A stretch of DNA of 64,000 nt. Origin: an uncultured Nitrososphaerota archaeon (GTDB lineage Archaea; Thermoproteota; Nitrososphaeria; Nitrososphaerales; CADDZS01). A program made the translations under genes and the position numbers. Below are positions 52,187 through 61,949 of this stretch, piece by piece. The stretch lies in contig CAWCYI010000006.1 in assembly GCA_963799845.1 (NCBI GenBank), positions 416,001 to 480,000 of the forward strand, written 5' to 3'. How positions within the stretch are numbered: position 1 is the first letter of the stretch; each line of letters begins with the position of its first letter. Under the pieces are notes generated by a model that did not search any database, was not told where the DNA came from, and saw only the letters and a program-made list of their open reading frames with translations.

Positions 52187-52856
52187 CTGGCTTCCACTGG
52201 AGTTCCATCACTTGACGCTTTACTTGGTAGCGATGGCTACCCTGACAGATCAGCTATTCTCGTAGTCGGAGCTCCTGGAATTGGAAAGGAGGCATTAGGT
52301 TACTGGTTTGTTCGCTCTGGTTTGATTCAGGGAGATTATTGTCTCTATGCCACTCACTGCCCTGTCTCCGATGTCCTGCGAGATATGAAAGGAGTTGGAA
52401 TAAGTACAGAACGTGTTCCCGAATGGATCGCAGAGCTCTGGTTCACCTTTAAAGTTAGACCTCAGAGACGCAACCTCAATTTCGTTCGACATCAAGGAAG
52501 CAGTACACCGAAATAAGAATAGGCGGGTCAGAGTCGCGACAGATGTCCTGTCTCCACTCCTGGTACTGAATCCCCTCGAATCGATGTACAATTACTGGTC
52601 TCAGCTTCTCTCTGATATAAAGCAGCAAGATGCTGTCATCTTTGCGCTCGCAGAGGATGGTATGAATCCTCCAAACGTCCTAACCACAATGGAACAGATA
52701 TTCGACGGAGTAATCGAAATGAGGCTCTATGAAGAAGGTCTTTCCATTACGCCGCTCTTCCGCGTGAAGAAGATGCTTGGTCTTCCACCGCTTCACGGTT
52801 ACTTCAGGTTCTCAGTTTCGAGTACGGGAATGGAGGTTGTTCCATATACCCATTGA
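52187..52856 (+). CDS. KaiC/RAD55-like ATPase (module 4, divergent), CTG start, frameshift near 52432
   Basis: ASTGVPSLDALLGSDGYPDRSAILVVGAPGIGKE, then VATDVLS and KKMLG in the shifted frame. Confidence 0.8.
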
Positions 52857-53551
52857 TATCAGCTCCATTATCGACGTGTTACTCTTCATAGAGAGGATCA
52901 TCACCGCAGGAATATTCCTCCTAAGTACTGTACAGAGCCCTAAAAATTGGAAAAGCGCTCGTGAGTTCCGTCTATCGTAATCGGGCGTACTGGTTGGCGG
53001 CCCTTACGGTCACCCTCATCATCGGTGGTTTGAATGCTTACGTGACTTATCCCAATACGCCGCTTGGCTGGTTTCTGAGTCGCAATAACTACAACTTCCC
53101 ATTTCTTGTTGGACTGACTCTCGTTTTCGCCTTCTTGGACAGCGTGATCCTCGTTGCGATGGAGATGGATTTCTTTCACAGGGACACCCTGCGCTGGAGG
53201 CAGCTTCGAGCGCCCGCATACGCGGTTTTCCTTGTAGCCATTTTCATTCTATCAATACCGAATTCGCTACTGTTTAATGTCTTATCCACAGTCCTTCCGG
53301 TAATCTCCGCGGGATATGCCATTGCCGTCCTCATAGTTGCCTCGCGAAGAACCCCGGACATGACGCTGAGAAGACACACAAGGTTACTCGGATACGCATT
53401 CATTGTCTACATAGTATCTGTTCTCGTGTTCTCGATCCCGATCTGGGGTAATCTTATCTCGGATCTTTTCGTCATAATCTCCGCCTATCTGATTTATCTG
53501 GCGACCATGTCGCTATCGCCGATGAGCCGGATCGAGAAGACGATTGCCTAA
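52846..53551 (+). CDS. 7-TM membrane protein (module 4, divergent), frameshift near 52925
   Basis: YRNRAYWL, FLDS...DFFHRDTLRW, SRRTPDMTLRRH and MSLSPMSR motifs. The codon at the homologous start position is ATA; an alternative TTG is at 52837. Confidence 0.78.
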
Positions 53552-53619
53552 CGGCCTCCACCAGTCTGTCTCCCGATTTATCTTGATTGGAAGCTCAGAC
53601 TGCCTAAACAATTGGGATT

Positions 53620-54759
53620 TTAGTCGACCTTGTGACCTGCTTTCCTAAGTAGCGCGACAAATCTCGGGTCAGAACGAACGCTGTTCCACTCCCATTCTGT
53701 GTTCAATCCTCCGAGAAAGGCAGGGTTGTGCTCCTCTATAGCTTTCTCAGCCCACAGAAAAGTTTTGTCAAGCTCGCCCAAGGCGAGATAGACCATTGCG
53801 ATCGCGTCGGCGACGGGGCGCTCCCCAGAAATATTCTCAAAGGTTTCAATTATTTTTCTAGCTTCCTCCTCCTTGCCGCTCCTTGCGTAGGCCTCTCCTA
53901 GGTAACCGACATATCGGAGATCCTTTCCTCCAGTAAGCTTGATCGCTAATTGCAATTCTGAAATTGCTTCGTCAAACCTAGACGCTGCAAGATAGGTACA
54001 GCCCAAAGTCATGTGGCTTGCATGAAAATAGGGGTCCATTTCGATCGTCTTCTTGAGTTGATTTATGGCCTCATCAAATAGACCATTTTGGCAAAGCATC
54101 CATCCGAGCTCAGTGTTGGTTCTAGGTGAAAGTGGATCCAGGCCCGCAAATTTCCTCGTCTCCATCAGCGCTTCTTCACGCCTTCCCAGAACACGGAGAT
54201 GAATTGCATGCTGGAAGTGGCCCCCTGCATAACTTGGATCAAGCTCAACACTTCTTCTTGATTCTGCTTCAGCACCAGCATAATCAAGATCGTTGAATTT
54301 GATCCCTGCAATTAGTATGTGGGCATCGGCTGAATCTTTGTCGAGCTCAATTGCCTTAAACGCTGCGGCATAGGCTTTGTCCATCACTTCATCAAAACGA
54401 ACATATCCAAAAATCGCCTGAAGAAAATAAGATGCGTACGTCAAGACATAGGGCTGGGCATAGTTTGGATCTGCCAAGACGGCGAGGCTGAAATATTGGA
54501 GCGCCTTTCCAAATCCTTCCTCAGTGTATTCATTAAAATGTTGCAAGCCTTTCAAATAGAGAGAATGTGCTTCCTGGCTCTTTGTTGGTTCTTTCTCAAT
54601 CCGTTTTTTCACACTGGCCATTAATTGAACTTGTAGCGCACCTGCGACTCGTTGGGCGACATCGCTTTGAATCGCAAACACATCCTTCAAATCCCGATCA
54701 TAGGTGTCGGACCAAAGGTGCTCGCTTGTCTGCGAGTCGGTCAATTTTATCAAGATCAA
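53620..54759 (-). CDS. TolB-N-like/TPR protein: C-terminal part of a cyclase-TPR protein lacking the cyclase (5'-truncated)
   Basis: HLWSDTYDRDLKDVFAIQSDVAQRVA matches 11250-11160; TPR repeats; ends SDPRFVALLRKAG. Confidence 0.8.
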   Translation of the reverse strand: MILIKLTDSQTSEHLWSDTYDRDLKDVFAIQSDVAQRVAGALQVQLMASVKKRIEKEPTKSQEAHSLYLKGLQHFNEYTEEGFGKALQYFSLAVLADPNYAQPYVLTYASYFLQAIFGYVRFDEVMDKAYAAAFKAIELDKDSADAHILIAGIKFNDLDYAGAEAESRRSVELDPSYAGGHFQHAIHLRVLGRREEALMETRKFAGLDPLSPRTNTELGWMLCQNGLFDEAINQLKKTIEMDPYFHASHMTLGCTYLAASRFDEAISELQLAIKLTGGKDLRYVGYLGEAYARSGKEEEARKIIETFENISGERPVADAIAMVYLALGELDKTFLWAEKAIEEHNPAFLGGLNTEWEWNSVRSDPRFVALLRKAGHKVD

Positions 54760-55660
54760 GGATGATCTTCCGAGCTTCCAGCTCCGATGGCTCTATCAAT
54801 GCCCCTGACTTTTCCTGCAGTTCGGAGGCCAATATTACTTTGAAACTTCACTCGAGTTTTCCTCGCTCTCCCATATTTAAGAGAATTAACTTTTTTGGAA
54901 CGTCGAATCAAAACTGTAGCTTTCGTCCCTGACGAAATATTGTCCAAATAGGGGAATCCGGATCTTCGAAATGTTCGACAACTGCGATGCTCGAACCAAA
55001 TGCTTATTTCAAAAGAAAAGAATCCAAAAGACTGGTACGAGCAAGCGAGCGGGTCTCGGAGAACTTCTGAGGAAACTCCTCTGTCCACGCGGAAAAATCA
55101 CGGCGCCGAGAGACGCAATCAGAGATGGTTGGCTACAAAACAGAAACGATATCCAATCCAGATCATACGAGGAGGCAGAAATGCTGAGGTTCCTGGTGCG
55201 GAATGAAACGGTTGTCCCGTGCGGACAAAGGCCAAACAGGGAACGATGACTTCCGCAAGAGTCCCAGGTAGGCCGCATAGCTGAATCCCGCATAAAACAG
55301 AAAGAGGGTTACTACTTGCACGTACCTTTTCATTAATAGAGCAGGAGAAAGACTGCTCCCATTAATTTTTTTCAAGTCAGGGCGGAATAAGAGCACTGCG
55401 GAAGTCGTACTAAGACATCGACCTTTTGACTAAAATCGGAGGATACTACATGACGACGCGGGGTCAGTTGTGAAACTGCCGAGTTATCGGCGACCCCACA
55501 TCTTCCCGTCGCAATGAGAAAATGCAAGTCCCAATTGTAGGGCTGGTCACTTAACGACTGTGTCAGACTCTTCGATTATAAGAGTAAACTTCACTTCATC
55601 AGGAAAGCTCAAAATCAATATCTCCAGTCGCGAAGAGAAATAATTAATCATGTGAAATTC

Positions 55661-56494
55661 TTAGCTTACATTCACTCCGTTTAGCAGATAGTAGAATACT
55701 GTGAATGCGATCCCGAGGGTGACTGCGAGTGCGCCTAAAACCATATCGAGTTTCCAGATGTTTTTTGTCTTTGCAAATTTGAGGAGGTACGAAATTGTCA
55801 GTAGGCCGATTAGGAGAGCAGTTACGATCGCAACGATTAATCCGAGCGGCGAAACCGTTTGGATGTCCGTATTTATTGCACCTCTGGTGAACAAAATACT
55901 GACTCCGAAGGCGCCAAGCGATGCAGGAATGTACGCCAGATACGAGAGCCTGAATGCTTGATCTTGTTTCACGCCCATAACTAGCATTGTTGAGACTGTC
56001 ATTCCTGACCTGCTTACTCCGGGAAGTGCGGCAATTCCCTGGGCGATTCCGACGATGATGTAATGCTTAATTTTCATCTGCTCATGGCCAGCGATCTTTG
56101 GAAGCGCACGTGAGTACCGGATGTAGAATCCGATTCCGATCAATGACAGCCCCAAGGCGATCATCGGTACTCCAATGAAGGGAGAAGTGTGCTGGAGGTA
56201 GGTGTCCGTTATATAGTAAAGAGGCGCGCCAACAATAGCAGTGAAAATAGTAACAACGAGCAGATACATGAAGAGTTTCCTGTCATGAATTAGAGCGACA
56301 ATATCTTTGCGGAAATAAATTATTGCAGACCCCAAGGAACCAATTTCCAAAAACAGCCCGAAAGCGTAAGCAGCTGCGATTGGGAGCCCAAATAAAACGT
56401 AAGAAGCGAAAAGCACCTGCGTCTTGCTGCTGATCGGTAGCCACTCAGAAACGCCCTGAACCAGGCCTAGAATAATCGAATAAAGTAAGTTCAT
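55661..56494 (-). CDS. uppP: Undecaprenyl-diphosphate phosphatase (BacA family)
   Basis: QGVSEWLPISSK and ALPGVSRSGMT motifs. Confidence 0.92.
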   Translation of the reverse strand: MNLLYSIILGLVQGVSEWLPISSKTQVLFASYVLFGLPIAAAYAFGLFLEIGSLGSAIIYFRKDIVALIHDRKLFMYLLVVTIFTAIVGAPLYYITDTYLQHTSPFIGVPMIALGLSLIGIGFYIRYSRALPKIAGHEQMKIKHYIIVGIAQGIAALPGVSRSGMTVSTMLVMGVKQDQAFRLSYLAYIPASLGAFGVSILFTRGAINTDIQTVSPLGLIVAIVTALLIGLLTISYLLKFAKTKNIWKLDMVLGALAVTLGIAFTVFYYLLNGVNVS

Positions 56495-56672
56495 TCTTGT
56501 GTCAATTACCTAGATTAATTGTTGGGCAGATAGTAATCCGATGAGCTCGAAGACTGTGCGCATTTGATTTTTGTTCTGTAATAACGATAACGCACAATCC
56601 AGTGGAGGTAATTCTCTGGAATTCCCTGATTCTGGAATGCATAAATAATTGCTTCCCAATCCTGTTGCTACC

Positions 56673-57179
56673 ATGTCCAAAGTCTCGCGCTCCGTCGATA
56701 TCTCCGCACCGGTCGGAAATGTGTTCCAGTACTACGCAAGGCCCGAACATATAGCGAAAACTTTTCCCGAAGATGTCAAGATGAAGGTGGTGCCGATAAA
56801 CATCAAGGAGGGTTTCGGCGTAGGAACTGTTTTCAGGATTGAGGGGGAGTTCGGCGGGAGACCGCTTGCATGGGATATGGAAACTGTCGCTTACGAGAAC
56901 AATAAGGTGATCCAAGTAAAGGCGATCAACGGGCCGTTCAAGAAAAACGTGATCTCCGTGTTTTTTGAATCGCTGCTGAACGGCGAGGAAACAAAGCTTA
57001 CCTTCGAGGCTGATTACGAGCTCGGCTATGGAATCTTCGGCAAAGCGATCGACAAACTGAAGCTGAAGAAAGAAATCGAGATGGGGATCGAGAGGAGCTG
57101 CCAATCGGTGAAAAAGTTCATAGAATCCGGGAAATCTTCAAACGAGATGATTTCCGAGATAAAGGCTGACGCAGCCTAG
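56673..57179 (+). CDS. SRPBCC family protein
   Basis: VSRSVDISAPV..VF.Y and GPFK patterns typical of START/SRPBCC folds. Confidence 0.78.
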   Translation: MSKVSRSVDISAPVGNVFQYYARPEHIAKTFPEDVKMKVVPINIKEGFGVGTVFRIEGEFGGRPLAWDMETVAYENNKVIQVKAINGPFKKNVISVFFESLLNGEETKLTFEADYELGYGIFGKAIDKLKLKKEIEMGIERSCQSVKKFIESGKSSNEMISEIKADAA

Positions 57180-57201
57180 CCCAAACTTGGATGAGAGCCA
57201 A

Positions 57202-57522
57202 TCAGCGCTTTTTGGTCGAAGCTGCGGCAGTCTTTTCGCCTCTAACGTTGGAAAGGACTTTTGCAACTTCAGAGATTATTTTGAGTTTTTTCTCCCCGCT
57301 TCTTTTCTCTATTGAAACATATCCCGAAGGTATCATCATGCGTGAGGGGTACTTCGCGGTCACGACTTCAGGATTGTAGCCCAGCCTGCGAGTCGCTTCT
57401 CCCAGCTCCTCGACCGTGGGATCTTTGACCGATTTGTTTTGTGGGACCCTTCGCCCATTCTCGCGGCTGTACGTCGAGTTGAAGTAATCAATCCAGAGTA
57501 CGAATCGCTTGTAATCTTTCAA
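57202..57522 (-). CDS. srp19: Signal recognition particle 19 kDa protein
   Basis: VLWIDYFNSTYSRENGRRVP...P..EEL...LG...YP; lies directly downstream of rps8e. Confidence 0.92.
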   Translation of the reverse strand: MKDYKRFVLWIDYFNSTYSRENGRRVPQNKSVKDPTVEELGEATRRLGYNPEVVTAKYPSRMMIPSGYVSIEKRSGEKKLKIISEVAKVLSNVRGEKTAAASTKKR

Positions 57523-57573
57523 TTGCAAAGAGCTTCCAGTTTGAAGCCAATCACGGGTAGCGCGAAACAAAAA

Positions 57574-57960
57574 TTACTTTGCAACCAGTAGCGCGTTGAT
57601 GACACCGTCTTGAGCCGGCCTGGACGTGACCCTTGCTCTTCCCAGATCAGTGTCGATTAACGCGCCGCGAGTAATCACTCCTCTTCTTTCGTAATCCCTG
57701 TTCGCGGGGTTTTCCAGTATCCTGGTAATTCTGCTCTTCTGAGTCTTGCCGGAAGTGCTGTCGTGAACGTTCGCGGTATTGGCGAACTTCAAACTTATTT
57801 TCACGGAACCACCCCTGGTTCTCCTCTGATAATTCTCGGTCTCGCCGAGTTGTGTCTCTGCGGCATAACCGTCCTTCTCGTAAGCACGTCGGGATCGAAG
57901 ACGTTTTGTCCTTCCGCCAGTCAATTTTCGCTTTTGCAGGTTCTCAATCGGTTTAACCAA
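57574..57960 (-). CDS. rps8e: 30S ribosomal protein S8e
   Basis: KRKLTGG, RTRGG, NPANRDYERRGVITRG and VTSRPAQDGVINA motifs. Confidence 0.97.
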   Translation of the reverse strand: MVKPIENLQKRKLTGGRTKRLRSRRAYEKDGYAAETQLGETENYQRRTRGGSVKISLKFANTANVHDSTSGKTQKSRITRILENPANRDYERRGVITRGALIDTDLGRARVTSRPAQDGVINALLVAK

Positions 57961-58199
57961 ATCGCGTCACGCTGTGAATATCCTAAAGGTGAAACCGTTT
58001 CTATTTTTCCCCATATAAACACTTTCAGTTTGACGGAAAAAGAAGGCGTCGCTTTGGGCAAAAAATCGTTCGAATTTTGATAGGGCTTACGCAGTTAACT
58101 AGATCACTCAATTCGAATCTTTCCTTTCGTGACATCCAAAAAAATCTCAAACGGATCTACAATGAATTCAACAGTAACACGATGAAGTAGGAATCGACG

Positions 58200-58619
58200 T
58201 TACTTCTTTCTCTTAGTGAGGGCGACGACCGGGATGATTCTCTTGGTCTTGCGTTGATATTCGGCGAACCCGGGGTATAACATGGCTTGGCGCGCGTAGA
58301 GGCTGTCATGTTCAAGCCCTTTGATCTCTTCCGCATGAACGTCGATCGTCTCGTCCCCGACCTCGATCTGGACGTCGGGATGGGCTTTGAGGTTGATGAA
58401 CCAGTCCGGGTGAGTATCAGCGCCTCCTTTCGACGCAAACACCAGATAACGTTCCCCGTCTTTGAGGTACATTACCGGGTTGACGCGAAGTTTGCCGCTG
58501 CGTTTCCCGGAGGAATGGAGCAGCAGCAACGGCGCCCCCTCAAAGTAGCCGCCTACCTTTCCGTGGTTCTTGCGGAACTCGGCGATCGTCTGCGCGTTGT
58601 AGTCACCGGAACTACTCAT
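58200..58619 (-). CDS. Deazaflavin (F420H2)-dependent nitroreductase family (Ddn-like) protein
   Basis: IAEFRKNHG, ASKGGADTHPDW..NL and YQRKTKRIIPVV motifs. Confidence 0.92.
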   Translation of the reverse strand: MSSSGDYNAQTIAEFRKNHGKVGGYFEGAPLLLLHSSGKRSGKLRVNPVMYLKDGERYLVFASKGGADTHPDWFINLKAHPDVQIEVGDETIDVHAEEIKGLEHDSLYARQAMLYPGFAEYQRKTKRIIPVVALTKRKK

Positions 58620-58841
58620 TCAGCTGGCCTCCTCTGAAATTGGTGCACCTGCTCTAGCTCGAGATATGGCTATGTCCGTAACATCGACAACAGAAATCTT
58701 TTCTTCCATCCACACGTCGTCCTCATCTCCACAATTAAATGGACAGCAAAACTTGGGCGCTATTATATCTTAGCGTATTTCTTGCTACGGAGGACGGTTT
58801 TCAACAAAACAGTTTCTAGGCGACGATTATGAGATACCTCG

Positions 58842-59383
58842 TTGTGTCGGAACCTTATCATTCCCAAATGGCGGAACAAACATAAGCTCTCAAGCAAAAG
58901 GAACTATGCGTTTAGGCCTATCGATCTGAGCGTACTGGCGACGCTTGTACAGACAATCGTAATCACCCTCACCCTGCTCGTTTTCATCTTCCAGTTCCGG
59001 AGTCAGGAGAAAGCGATCAGGGAATCGTCTTACCAGAACGTCCTCGGGAGATACAACGATTACGTCATGTCAGGCACTCGTACAGACGATCTAATTCTGG
59101 CACGGCTGTTTTCTCCTGCCAAGGAGCTCTCAAAGGAAGAGATAGCCGGGATTCGTCGCCCCATGATAGTTACGGCATCCTAGAGGAAACCTACGAGCTT
59201 TACAAGAAGAAATGGATCAACAAGGAGACTTGGGATCAGTGGGACGCCTGGCTCAAAGCTATCTGTACGCATCCAAATTTCGCCATGCTCCATTCTGCTG
59301 CCGCGGGGATGTTCGACAAGGATTTCCAAGACCATGTATCTCAACTAATCAAGTCGAATTCATCCGAAACAAAAAGAAGCTGA
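58842..59383 (+). CDS. Hypothetical protein with N-terminal TM helix, frameshift near 59170 (start uncertain)
   Basis: TM helix LVQTIVITLTLLVFIFQ; the shifted frame continues YGILEETYELYKKKWINKETWDQW...FDKDF. Confidence 0.6.
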
Positions 59384-59432
59384 CTAGGCTCCCACCCGCC
59401 GCACTAACCATTACTTGTAAATTCGTATGTGT

Positions 59433-59479
59433 GTGATACGCTCGGCACGACCGATCTCTCGGGATTTTTGGACTTATTG
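59433..59479 (+). repeat. ~47-bp intergenic direct repeat, copy 1
   Basis: gtgatacgctcggcacgaccgatctctcgggatttttggacttattg. Confidence 0.85.
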
Positions 59480-59941
59480 GACGTTCGTTATTCAAAAAAA
59501 GGGATTCCTAGTATCATGGGTTCGAATCGTATCCAAACGTATAATGGGTTTGAATCCCCGCCTCTAAGTTATGTTGAGTCGCACATGCCGGCTTGCTATT
59601 CCTTCTCTATCGGCAATGTTTACCTTGGTTAATCCCACTGTCGAAATCTAATGGTCGAAAACATGAGAGTCTATGGTTTTACGCGCGCGCGCCAAAAAGA
59701 GGGTAGGTGATCTTCATAGTTGAAAATGATTAGTACCAAAAATATCTGACCGTACATTCTGTGGTCTCACACTAAGGAAATTAGTATCTGTTTAGTGAAG
59801 GAGGTTGACAATCTATCGTTTTCTCACGGTAATGCTGACTGTGCCCTAAAGCTATTATCAACATTGAGGATCCTGATTGCTATTTGATTAGCTAGGGTAA
59901 GATCGGACTCGTTCAATGGTAATGTGTTAGGTCGCCCTATT

Positions 59942-61069
59942 TAACCTGGCCGACATAAATTATTAGACTGAAAGGGCCACAGACCTAGACATTCTCATTT
60001 TTGGCCAACTTCCCTTCCTATCTCAGGTTGTATGTCTCGATTACAGGCACCGAAGGAGATTGTTGAAGAGGCTTATAGAGAGGAGAGGGACGCAAACGTA
60101 AGCAAGAGGATATTCCTCGTTCTGAAGGTCAAGTACGAGGGTGTCCCGGCGTCGCACGTAGCAAGGGAAGTTCACCGGCACAAATCATGGACGACACCGT
60201 GGCTTAGACGTTTCGAGAAAGATGGGCTAGAAGGACTCAAGACGATGGAAAGGAGCGGGAGACCTCCGAAGCTCGATCACAACAAGTTCATTGCGGTGAA
60301 GAGGAAGGTCGTGAAGAACGAATGCGGCTGGACCGTGAAGGAGGTCAGGGAGATGATCCGCAAGGAAGCAGACGTGGCATACACTGAGAGACACATCTAC
60401 AGGTTGATGCAGAAGTGGGGAGTGAGAGCAATTGTCCCTGACAAGAGGTTACTTCACAAGGCTTCCCTCGAAGAGAGGCTCGAATTTAAAAAAGGACCGC
60501 AAGACTCCTCAGGAATATCCCGGAAGGCTTCACCGTAGCATCCGAAGACGAATCAATCTTCGTCCAGAACATAGAAACCAAAAGGGTGTGGGCGGTCAAA
60601 GGGATTCGACCGATTCGGATTGTGTCAGGCTCGCACGGCAACACCGTGGTGTTTGGAGCGATCAGCCTGGACGGGACACAAATCTTCAGGCAGTACGAGA
60701 AATTCAATGGCGAGACATTCCTCGACTACCTGAAGAAGGTGCACAGGAAGTTTGGATCACTCTATCTCTTCCTTGACAAAGCAAGGCAACACCACAAAAC
60801 CAGGATCGTAACTGATTATTTGGGTAAGAACAGGAAGACTCTCAGAGTCAGATGGATCCCGACAGCTTCGCCAGAGTTCAACATGATGGAGGAGTGTTGG
60901 CGCGAGGGTGAGAAGGATCTCTCAAGGCTTCCAACCTTTCCGACGTCATTGAAAGAACTGAAATCAATCCTGGCAGAATACTATCGAACGCGAAGGTTTT
61001 GCTCGCATCTTGACATGAAGAAATTCCTTCTGACCAACAGGTGTCTATGAACTTATGTCGGCCAGGTTA
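59942..61069 (+). mobile_element. IS630-family insertion sequence with flanking TA
   Basis: Inverted repeats taacctggccgacataaattattagac and gtctatgaacttatgtcggccaggtta (24/27 match including the terminal TA) flank HTH and DDE ORFs. Confidence 0.93.
60032..61050 (+). CDS. IS630 transposase (HTH ORF plus -1 frame DDE ORF joined at TTTAAAAAAG, 60485-60494)
   Basis: RSGRPPKL HTH region; the -1 frame has SEDES, LDKARQH and SPEFNMMEE. Confidence 0.9.
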
Positions 61070-61177
61070 GTTTGGTTGTTATCATTGTTGATAATCGTAT
61101 TCCTCGTTTATTAAGAACAAATATCTGTTCGTTCAGTTGAAGGTACCATACAAGCGCAGGCTAAGATTGAGAAAGGA

Positions 61178-61567
61178 ATGCTTCTAGGAAAGGCACATCT
61201 GAAGTATGTACCATATACGATTAAGGAAATCACACCTTTCGGAGTTCTAATTGAAGCGAATGGGGTTGGAGATTTCGCAGGAGTATACAACGCAACCCAG
61301 AACGAGACAACAACCGTATTTCTGAGAATCGACGGGACATACGATTGGCAATTAAAAGCATTTCAGTCAACAAACGAAGGAGACTTCATAACCGGACATG
61401 GTCACGGAACAGGTAAGGAAACTGGCAACTGGAAATCGGACGCGGGCGACGGAGAAATATTGATCATGACCCAATCTCCAAGACTTTCGTGGCTGAACAA
61501 CAAGAAGTGGAGAATCGAGTACACATTAGCTGGATTAGAGTACGACGAAAAGTTCTTCGCACTCTAA
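61178..61567 (+). CDS. Hypothetical protein (beta-rich)
   Basis: ATG with upstream GGA; T-rich tract follows the stop. Confidence 0.6.
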   Translation: MLLGKAHLKYVPYTIKEITPFGVLIEANGVGDFAGVYNATQNETTTVFLRIDGTYDWQLKAFQSTNEGDFITGHGHGTGKETGNWKSDAGDGEILIMTQSPRLSWLNNKKWRIEYTLAGLEYDEKFFAL

Positions 61568-61584
61568 GTGTGAGGCTATGATCC

Positions 61585-61605
61585 CTCCCTTTCCTTTTCT
61601 TTTTT
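61585..61605 (+). terminator. Putative archaeal oligo-T terminator
   Basis: Pyrimidine tract tttccttttcttttttt about 20 nt after the stop. Confidence 0.45.
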
Positions 61606-61949
61606 GTCGAGGATTTCTTTTTGGATAAGAATCTGGCTGTTAGACGGCTAGGCTTACATCATTCTTTTTAGAGAACATTGTCTTCGCAGGCATAACATCT
61701 CCTTTGATGAACTCACGTAGGGGGCATATGTGCGGTCGTCTTGAATAAAAATGCCCAAGTTCTCCCTAGCAAATTTCCCAATCAAACCATCGGTTAAGAT
61801 TCATTTCATTAATAGAGGTAAAAACCTGCAGCTATCGAATGTTTCGCTGCAGTTTTCAAATCCAAGAAAGATGATTCGATCGTTATGACGAATTTCGGAA
61901 AAAAATGCGCGGATCAAATAGTGGATTTACAAGTTTTTTTCCTGGCCGG

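Noticed and set aside
34643-52856. Circadian KaiABC clock
   Set aside because: Single-domain proteins, no KaiA or KaiB genes, and no KaiC phosphosite pair.
54760-55400. Short overlapping ORFs as the missing N-terminus of the TPR gene
   Set aside because: No cyclase or TolB-N similarity in the frames I read; probably degenerate sequence.
56502-57104. 200-aa minus-strand ORF, and similar antisense ORFs throughout
   Set aside because: Shadow of the SRPBCC gene on the opposite strand with no motif support.
59681-59692. Alternating CG run (possible Z-DNA or microsatellite)
   Set aside because: Single short tract with no supporting context.
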